Made by a program: the position numbers and the translations under genes
Origin: the human T2T-CHM13v2.0 reference genome, Homo sapiens
Reading direction: 5' to 3' (one strand)
Length of the DNA stretch: 64,000 nucleotides
NCBI RefSeq assembly: GCF_009914755.1
Contig: NC_060925.1
The notes under the pieces: generated by a model
Seen by the model: the letters and a program-made list of their open reading frames with translations, nothing else
What the model was told of the DNA's origin: nothing
Databases searched by the model: none
Shown: piece after piece, positions 54,901 to 64,000 of the stretch
Position numbering within the stretch: the first letter of the stretch is position 1
Layout of the letters: every line of letters starts with the position of its first letter

Positions 54901-55980
54901 TTTCTGACAACGCTTCTCTCTAGTTTTTATGTGAAGATATTTCCTTTTCCGCCACAGGCCTGAAAGCGCTCCAAATGTCCACTTGGAGACTCTACGAAAA
55001 GAATGTTTCAAAACTGCTCTATGAAAAGCAATGTTATACTCTGGGAGTTGAACACAAGCCTCACAAAGGAGTTTCTGAGAATGCTTCTGTTTACTTTTTA
55101 CGTGAAGATATTCCCGTTTCCAAAGAAATCTTCACAGACTTCCACCTATCCATTTGCAGATGCTAGAAAAAGAGAGTTTCAAAACTGCTCTATCAAAAGG
55201 AATGTTCAACTCTGTGAGTTGAATGCAGTCATCACAGAGAAGTTTCTGAGAAGGCTTCTGTCTAGATTTTATGTGAAGATATACCCGTTTCGAACGAAGG
55301 CCACAAAGTGCTCCAAATATCCACTTGCAGGTCCTCCAACAAGAGTGTTTCAAACGTGAACTATCAAAGGAAGGTTCAACTCTGGACTTTGAATGCAAAC
55401 GTCAGAAAGATGTTTCTGCGAAAGCTTCCGTTTAGTTAGGTGACGTTATCCCGTTTCCAACGAAATCCTCAGAGAGGTCCAAATATCCACCTGCAGATTC
55501 TGCAAAAAGTGTGTTTCCAAACTGCTCCACCCAAAGGCATGTTCAGCTCTGTGAGTTAAACTCAATCATCACAAAGTATTTTCTGAGAATGCTTCTGTCC
55601 AGTTTTTACATGAAGCTGTTTCCTTTACTACCGTAGGCCTCAAAGCGTTCCAAATCTCCACTTGCAGATACTACGAAAAGAGCGTTTCAACCTGAACTCA
55701 CAAGGGAAGGTTCAACTCTGTCAGTTGAATGCCAACATCACAAAGAAGTTCTGGGAATGTTTCTCTTCAGTTATGTGAGTTTTATCCCGTTTCCAACGAA
55801 ATTCTCAGAGAAGTACAAATATCCACTTGCATATTCTACAAAAAGTGTGTTTTGAAAGTGCTCCATCAAAAGATATGCTCAGCTCTGTGAGTTAAACTCA
55901 ATCATCACAAAGAATTTTCTGAGAATGCTTCTGTCTTGTTTTAGGATGAAGTTATTTCCTTTACGACGATAGGCCTCAAA
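42919..55980. repeat. Homogeneous near-consensus HOR block (copies 24-30) with single-unit duplication pattern
   Basis: agctcttatg in copies 25-30; aagtctctg in 25-27; gagaatgcttccg in 29-30; ttccgccac in 29-31. Confidence 0.82.
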
Positions 55981-58900
55981 GAGGTCCAAATCTCCACTTG
56001 CAGATTCTGCAGAAGGAGTGTTTCAAACCTGAACTATCAGAGAAAGGTTCAACACTGTGAGTTGAATGCAAGCATCACGAAGAAGGTTCTGAGAATGCTT
56101 CTGTTTAGATAGGTGAGTTTTCTCCCGTATCCAACGAAATCCTCAGAGAGGTCCAAATATCCACTTGCAGATTCTACAGAAAGTGTGTTTTGAAACTGCT
56201 CCATCCAAAGGAATGTTCAGCTCTGTGAGTTGAACTCAATCGTCACAAAGTGTTTCCTGGGAATGCTACTGTCTAGTTTTTATGGGCAGTTATATCCTCT
56301 GCTGCCATAGGCCTCAAAGCGGTCCAAATCTCCCCTTTCAGATTCTACCAAAAGTGTGTTTCCAAACGGCTCTATCAAAGGGAATGTTCAACTCTGTGAC
56401 TTGAATGCAATCATCACAAAGCAGTTTCTGAGAATGCTTCCATGTAGCTTTTATGAGCAGATATTTCCTTTTCCACCCCAGGCCTCGAAGCCCTCCAAAT
56501 GTCCCCTTGCAGATGCTAGAAGGAGAGGGTTTCAAAGCTGCTCTATCAAAAGGAAAGTACAACTCTGTGAGTTGAATGCAAACATCACAAAGAAGTTCCT
56601 GAGCATGCTTCCGTTTAGCTTTTATGGGAAGATTATCCCTTTTCCATCGAAATGTTCAAAGAGGTCCACATGTCCGCTTGCAGATTCCACCGAAAGAGTG
56701 TTTCCAAACTGCTGTATCAAAAGGAATCTTCAACTCCGTGAGTTGAATGCAATCATCACAAAGAAGTTTCTGACAACGCTTCTCTCTAGTTTTTATGTGA
56801 AGATATTTCCTTTTCCGCCACAGGCCTGAAAGCGCTCCAAATGTCCACTTGGAGACTCTACGAAAAGAATGTTTCAAAACTGCTCTATGAAAAGCAATGT
56901 TATACTCTGGGTGTTGAACACAAGCCTCACAAAGGAGTTTCTGAGAATTCTTCTGTTTACTTTTTACGTGAAGATATTCCCGTTTCCAAAGAAATCTTCA
57001 CAGACTTCCACCTATCCATTTGCAGATGCTTGAAAAAGAGAGTTTCAAAACTGCTCTATCAAAAGGAATGTTCAACTCTGTGAGTTGAATGCAGTCATCA
57101 CAGAGAAGTTTCTGAGAAGGCTTCTGTCTAGATTTTATGTGAAGATATACCCGTTTCGAACGAAGGCCACAAAGTGCTCCAAATATCCACTTGCAGGTCC
57201 TCCAACAAGAGTGTTTCAAACGTGAACTATCAAAGGAAGGTTCAACTCTGGACTTTGAATGCAAACGTCAGAAAGATGTTTCTGCGAAAGCTTCTGTTTA
57301 GTTAGGTGACGTTATCCCGTTTCCAACGAAATCCTCAGAGAGGTCCAAATATCCACCTGCAGATTCTGCAAAAAGTGTGTTTCCAAACTGCTCCACCCAA
57401 AGGCATGTTCAGCTCTGTGAGTTAAACTCAATCATCACAAAGTATTTTCTGAGAATGCTTCTGTCCAGTTTTTACATGAAGCTGTTTCCTTTACTACCGT
57501 AGGCCTCAAAGCGTTCCAAATCTCAACTTGCAGATACTACGAAAAGGGCGATTCAACCTGAACTCTCAAGGGAAGGTTCAACTCTGTCAGTTGAATGCCA
57601 ACATCACAAAGAAGTTCTGGGAGTGTTTCTCTTCAGTTATGTGAGTTTTATCCCGTTTCCAACGAAATTCTCAGAGAAGTACAAATATCCACTTGCATAT
57701 TCTACAAAAAGTGTGTTTTGAAAGTGCTCCATCAAAAGATATGCTCAGCTCTGTGAGTTAAACTCAATCATCACAAAGAATTTTCTGAGAATGCTTCTGT
57801 CTTGTTTTAGGATGAAGTTATTTCCTTTACGACGATAGGCCTCAAAGAGGTCCAAATCTCCACTTGCAGATTCTGCAGAAGGAGTGTTTCAAACCTGAAC
57901 TATCAGAGAAAGGTTCAACACTGTGAGTTGAATGCAAGCATCACGAAGAAGGTTCTGAGAATGCTTCTGTTTAGATAGGTGAGTTTTCTCCCGTATCCAA
58001 CGAAATCCTCAGAGAGGTCCAAATATCCACTTGCAGATTCTACAGAAAGTGTGTTTTGAAACTGCTCCATCCAAAGGAATGTTCAGCTCTGTGAGTTGAA
58101 CTCAATCGTCACAAAGTGTTTCCTGGGAATGCTACTGTCTAGTTTTTATGGGCAGTTATATCCTCTGCTGCCATAGGCCTCAAAGCGGTCCAAATCTCCC
58201 CTTTCAGATTCTACCAAAAGTGTGTTTCCAAACGGCTCTATCAAAGGGAATGTTCAACTCTGTGACTTGAATGCAATCATCACAAAGCAGTTTCTGAGAA
58301 TGCTTCCATGTAGCTTTAATGAGCAGATATTTCCTTTTCCACCCCAGGCCTCGAAGCCCTCCAAATGTCCCCTTGCAGATGCTAGAAAGAGAGGGTTTCA
58401 AAGCTGCTCTATCAAAAGGAAAGTACAACTCTGTGAGTTGAATGCAAACATCACAAAGAAGTTCCTGAGCATGCTTCCGTTTAGCTTTCATGGGAAGATT
58501 ATCCCTTTTCCATCGAAATGTTCAAAGAGGTCCACATATCCGCTTGCAGATTCCACCGAAAGAGTGTTTCCAAACTGCTGTATCAAAAGGAATCTTCAAC
58601 TCCGTGAGTTGAATGCAATCATCACAAAGAAGTTTCTGACAATGCTTCTCTCTAGTTTTTATGTGAAGATATTTCCTTTTCCACCACAGGCCTGAAAGCG
58701 CTCCAAATGTCCACTTGGAGACTCTACGAAAAGAATGTTTCAAAACTGCTCTATGAAAAGCAATGTTATACTCTGGGAGTTGAACACAAGCCTCACAAAG
58801 GAGTTTCTGAGAATGCTTCTGTTTACTTTTTACGTGAAGATATTCCCGTTTCCAAAGAAATCTTCACAGACTTCCACCTATCCATTTGCAGATGCTACAA

Positions 58901-61900
58901 AAAGAGAGTTTCAAAACTGCTCTATCAAAAGGAATGTTCAACTCTGTGAGTTGAATGCAGTCATCACAGAGAAGTTTCTGAGAAGGCTTCTGTCTAGATT
59001 TTATGTGAAGATATACCCGTTTCGAACGAAGGCCACAAAGTGCTCCAAATATCCACTTGCAGGTCCTCCAACAAGAGTGTTTCAAACGTGAACTATCAAA
59101 GGAAGGTTCAACTCTGGACTTTGAATGCAAACGTCAGAAAGATGTTTCTGCGAAAGCTTCTGTTTAGTTAGGTGACGTTATCCCGTTTCCAAGGAAATCC
59201 TCAGAGAGGTCCAAATATCCACCTGCAGATTCTGCAAAAAGTGTGTTTCCAAACTGCTCCACCCAAAGGCATGTTCAGCTCTGTGAGTTAAACTCAATCA
59301 TCACAAAGTATTTTCTGAGAAAGCTTCTGTCCAGTTTTTACATGAAGCTGTTTCCTTTACTACCGTAGGCCTCAAAGCGTTCCAAATCTCCACTTGCAGA
59401 TACTACGAAAAGGGCGTTTCAACCTGAACTCACAAGGGAAGGTTCAACTCTGTCAGTTGAATGCCAACATCACAAAGAAGTTCTGGGAATGTTTCTCTTC
59501 AGTTATGTGAGTTTTATCCCGTTTCCAACGAAATTCTCAGAGAAGTACAGATATCCACTTGCATATTCTACAAAAAGTGTGTTTTGAAAGTGCTCCATCA
59601 AAAGATATGCTCAGCTCTGTGAGTTAAACTCAATCATCACAAAGAATTTTCTGAGAATGCTTCTGTCTTGTTTTAGGATGAAGTTATTTCCTTTACGACG
59701 ATAGGCCTCAAAGAGGTCCAAATCTCCACTTGCAGATTCTGCAGAAGGAGTGTTTCAAACCTGAACTATCAGACAAAGGTTCAACACTGTGAGTTGAATG
59801 CAAGCATCACGAAGAAGGTTCTGAGAATGCTTCTGTTTAGATAGGTGAGTTTTCTCCCGTATCCAACGAAATCCTCAGAGAGGTCCAAATATCCACTTGC
59901 AGATTCCACAGAAAGTTTGTTTTGAAACTGCTCCATCCAAAGGAATGTTCAGCTCTGTGAGTTGAACTCAATCGTCACAAAGTGTTTCCTGAGAATGCTA
60001 CTGTCTAGTTTTTATGGGCAGTTATATCCTCTGCTGCCATAGGCCTCAAAGCGGTCCAAATCTCCCCTTTCAGATTCTACCAAAAGTGTGTTTCCAAACG
60101 GCTCTATCAAAGGGAATGTTCAACTCTGTGACTTGAATGCAATCATCACAAAGCAGTTTCTGAGAATGCTTCCATGTAGCTTTTAGGAGCAGATATTTCC
60201 TTTTCCACCCCAGGCCTCGAAGCCCTCCAAATGTCCCCTTGCAGATGCTAGAAAGAGAGGGTTTCAAAGCTGCTCTATCAAAAGGAAAGTACAACTCTGT
60301 GAGTTGAATGCAAACATCACAAAGAAGTTCCTGAGCATGCTTCCGTTTAGCTTTTATGGGAAGATTATCCCTTTTCCATCGAAATGTTCAAAGAGGTCCA
60401 CATATCCGCTTGCAGATTCCACCGAAAGAGTGTTTCCAAACTGCTGTATCAAAAGGAATCTTCAACTCCGTGAGTTGAATGCAATCATCACAAAGAAGTT
60501 TCTGACAACGCTTCTCTCTAGTTTTTATGTGAAGATATTTCCTTTTCCACCACAGGCCTGAAAGCGCTCCAAATGTCCACTTGGAGACTCTACGAAAAGA
60601 ATGTTTCAAAACTGCTCTATGAAAAGCAATGTTATACTCTGGGAGTTGAACACAAGCCTCACAAAGGAGTTTCTGAGAATGCTTCTGTTTACTTTTTACG
60701 TGAAGATATTCCCGTTTCCAAAGAAATCTTCACAGGCTTCCACCTATCCATTTGCAGATGCTAGAAAAAGAGAGTTTCAAAACTGCTCTATCAAAAGGAA
60801 TGTTCAACTCTGTGAGTTGAATGCAGTCATCACAGAGAAGTTTCTGAGAAGGCTTCTGTCTAGATTTTATGTGAAGATATACCCGTTTCGAACGAAGGCC
60901 ACAAAGTGCTCCAAATATCCACTTGCAGGTCCTCCAACAAGAGTGTTTCAAACGTGAACTATCAAAGGAAGGTTCAACTCTGGACTTTGAATGCAAACGT
61001 CAGAAAGATGTTTCTACGAAAGCTTCTGTTTAGTTAGGTGACGTTATCCCGTTTCCAACGAAATCCTCAGAGAGGTCCAAATATCCACCTGCAGATTCTG
61101 CAAAAAGTGTGTTTCCAAACTGCTCCACCCAAAGGCATGTTCAGCTCTGTGAGTTAAACTCAATCATCACAAAGTATTTTCTGAGAATGCTTCTGTCCAG
61201 TTTTTACATGAAGCTGTCTCCTTTACTACCGTAGGCCTCAAAGCGTTCCAAATCTCCACTTGCAGATACTACGAAAAGGGCGTTTCAACCTGAACTCACA
61301 AGGGAATGTTCAACTCTGTCAGTTGAATGCCAACATCACAAAGAAGTTCTGGGAATGTTTCTCTTCAGTTATGTGAGTTTTATCCCGTTTCCAACGAAAT
61401 TCTCAGAGAAGTACACATATCCACTTGCATATTCTACAAAAAGTGTGTTTTGAAAGTGCTCCATCAAAAGATATGCTCAGCTCTGTGAGTTAAACTCAAT
61501 CATCACAAAGAATTTTCTGAGAATGCTTCTGTCTTGTTTTAGGATGAAGTTATTTCCTTTACGACGATAGGCCTCAAAGAGGTCCAAATCTCCACTTGCA
61601 GATTCTGCAGAAGGAGTGTTTCAAACCTGAACTATCAGAGAAAGGTTCAACACTGTGAGTTGAATGCAAGCATCACGAAGAAGGTTCTGAGAATGCTTCT
61701 GTTTAGATAGGTGAGTTTTCTCCCGTATCCAACGAAATCCTCAGAGAGGTCCAAATATCCACTTGCAGATTCTACAGAAAGTGTGTTTTGAAACTGCTCC
61801 ATCCAAAGGAATGTTCAGCTCTGTGAGTTGAACTCAATCGTCACAAAGTGTTTCCTGGGAATGCTACTGTCTAGTTTTTATGGGCAGTTATATCCTCTGC

Positions 61901-64000
61901 TGCCATAGGCCTCAAAGCGGTCCAAATCTCCCCTTTCAGATTCTACCAAAAGTGTGTTTCCAAACGGCTCTATCAAAGGGAATGTTCAACTCTGTGACTT
62001 GAATGCAATCATCACAAAGCAGTTTCTGAGAATGCTTCCATGTAGCTTTAATGAGCAGATATTTCCTTTTCCACCCCAGGCCTCGAAGCCCTCCAAATGT
62101 CCCCTTGCAGATGCTAGAAAGAGAGGGTTTCAAAGCTGCTCTATCAAAAGGAAAGTACAACTCTGTGAGTTGAATGCAAACATCACAAAGAAGCTCCTGA
62201 GCATGCTTCCGTTTAGCTTTCATGGGAAGATTATCCCTTTTCCATCGAAATGTTCAAAGAGGTCCACATATCCGCTTGCAGATTCCACCGAAAGAGTGTT
62301 TCCAAACTGCTGTATCAAAAGGAATCTTCAACTCCGTGAGTTGAATGCAATCATCACAAAGAAGTTTCTGACAACGCTTCTCTCTAGTTTTTATGTGAAG
62401 ATATTTCCTTTTCCACCACAGGCCTGAAAGCGCTCCAAATGTCCACTTGGAGACTCTACGAAAAGAATGTTTCAAAACTGCTCTATGAAAAGCAATGTTA
62501 TACTCTGGGAGTTGAACACAAGCCTCACAAAGGAGTTTCTGAGAATGCTTCTGTTTACTTTTTACGTGAAGATATTCCCGTTTCCAAAGAAATCTTCACA
62601 GACTTCCACCTATCCATTTGCAGATGCTAGAAAAAGAGAGTTTCAAAACTGCTCTATCAAAAGGAATGTTCAACTCTGTGAGTTGAATGCAGTCATCACA
62701 GAGAAGTTTCTGAGAAGGCTTCTGTCTAGATTTTATGTGAAGATATACCCGTTTCGAACGAAGGCCACAAAGTGCTCCAAATATCCACTTGCAGGTCCTC
62801 CAACAAGAGTGTTTCAAACGTGAACTATCAAAGGAAGGTTCAACTCTGGACTTTGAATGCAAACGTCAGAAAGATGTTTCTACGAAAGCTTCTGTTTAGT
62901 TAGGTGACGTTATCCCGTTTCCAACGAAATCCTCAGAGAGGTCCAAATATCCACCTGCAGATTCTGCAAAAAGTGTGTTTCCAAACTGCTCCACCCAAAG
63001 GCATGTTCAGCTCTGTGAGTTAAACTCAATCATCACAAAGTATTTTCTGAGAATGCTTCTGTCCAGTTTTTACATGAAGCTGTCTCCTTTACTACCGTAG
63101 GCCTCAAAGCGTTCCAAATCTCCACTTGCAGATACTACGAAAAGGGCGTTTCAACCTGAACTCACAAGGGAAGGTTCAACTCTGTCAGTTGAATGCCAAC
63201 ATCACAAAGAAGTTCTGGGAATGTTTCTCTTCAGTTATGTGAGTTTTATCCCGTTTCCAACGAAATTCTCAGAGAAGTACAAATATCCACTTGCATATTC
63301 TACAAAAAGTGTGTTTTGAAAGTGCTCCATCAAAAGATATGCTCAGCTCTGTGAGTTAAACTCAATCATCACAAAGAATTTTCTGAGAATGCTTCTGTCT
63401 TGTTTTAAGATGAAGTTATTTCCTTTACGACGATAGGCCTCAAAGAGGTCCAAATCTCCACTTGCAGATTCTGCAGAAGGAGTGTTTCAAACCTGAACTA
63501 TCAGAGAAAGGTTCAACACTGTGAGTTGAATGCAAGCATCACGAAGAAGGTTCTGAGAATGCTTCTGTTTAGATAGGTGAGTTTTCTCCCGTATCCAACG
63601 AAATCCTCAGAGAGGTCCAAATATCCACTTGCAGATTCTACAGAAAGTGTGTTTTGAAACTGCTCCATCCAAAGGAATGTTCAGCTCTGTGAGTTGAACT
63701 CAATCGTCACAAAGTGTTTCCTGGGAATGCTACTGTCTAGTTTTTATGGGCAGTTATATCCTCTGCTGCCATAGGCCTCAAAGCGGTCCAAATCTCCCCT
63801 TTCAGATTCTACCAAAAGTGTGTTTCCAAACGGCTCTATCAAAGGGAATGTTCAACTCTGTGACTTGAATGCAATCATCACAAAGCAGTTTCTGAGAATG
63901 CTTCCATGTAGCTTTAATGAGCAGATATTTCCTTTTCCACCCCAGGCCTCGAAGCCCTCCAAATGTCCCCTTGCAGATGCTAGAAAGAGAGGGTTTCAAA

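Larger units (their letters stand above)
1..64000. repeat. Alpha-satellite higher-order repeat array, 1866-bp 11-mer, about 34.3 copies; SF3 (pentameric W-type) family, probably human chr1 D1Z5 (pSD1-1/S3C1H2)
   Basis: Seen: ~171-bp monomers with alphoid motifs (ccacttgcagattct, ctctgtgagttgaatgca, tttctgagaatgcttctg). The start 'gaggtccaaatctccactt' recurs at 1, 1867, 18661, 37321 and 55981, and all ORF-track entries recur at +1866. Recall: the 1.9-kb HindIII 11-mer of SF3 is D1Z5. Alpha satellite is essentially certain; the array name is less so (about 0.8). Confidence 0.98.

Noticed and set aside
358-63999. Recurring 63-179 aa ORFs on both strands (e.g. the 157-aa MFPNGSIK... ORF)
   Set aside because: They are translations of alphoid monomers: 171 bp equals 57 codons, so frames persist and the peptides repeat internally. 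Many use non-ATG starts, they overlap on both strands, and they gain or lose stops freely (e.g. TAG near 60184). No recognisable protein domain is present.
1-64000. CRISPR-like or repeat-spacer array
   Set aside because: There are no unique spacers. The sequence is continuous diverged 171-bp monomers and there are no cas-like genes.
1-64000. Embedded L1/Alu insertion or inversion
   Set aside because: The 1866-bp phase and orientation are unbroken, and no poly-A tail or foreign sequence was seen.
42919-64000. Claim that the four-box region is the active kinetochore site
   Set aside because: CENP-A position is epigenetic and cannot be read from sequence. D1Z5 is generally regarded as a flanking, normally inactive array.

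Overview
The whole 64 kb window is one uninterrupted, single-orientation primate centromeric alpha-satellite array, most likely human. It holds 34 complete copies plus a 556-bp partial copy of an exactly 1866-bp, 11-monomer higher-order repeat (HOR); copy n starts at 1+1866(n-1). Unit length, the single HindIII site per unit and the SF3 (W1-W5) monomer signatures fit the chromosome 1 D1Z5 / pSD1-1 / S3C1H2 array. That identification is from recall and was not checked by a database search. There are no genes, RNA genes, transposon insertions, inversions or CRISPR arrays, and the recurring ORFs are by-products of the satellite. I found no new gene system. The interesting structure lies in the SNVs: a 9.33-kb (5-HOR) near-perfect tandem duplication, blocks with 2-HOR and 1-HOR periodicity, chimeric HOR copies, and a CENP-B box that is broken on the left of the window and intact on the right. 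All variants were read by eye, so the lists may be incomplete.
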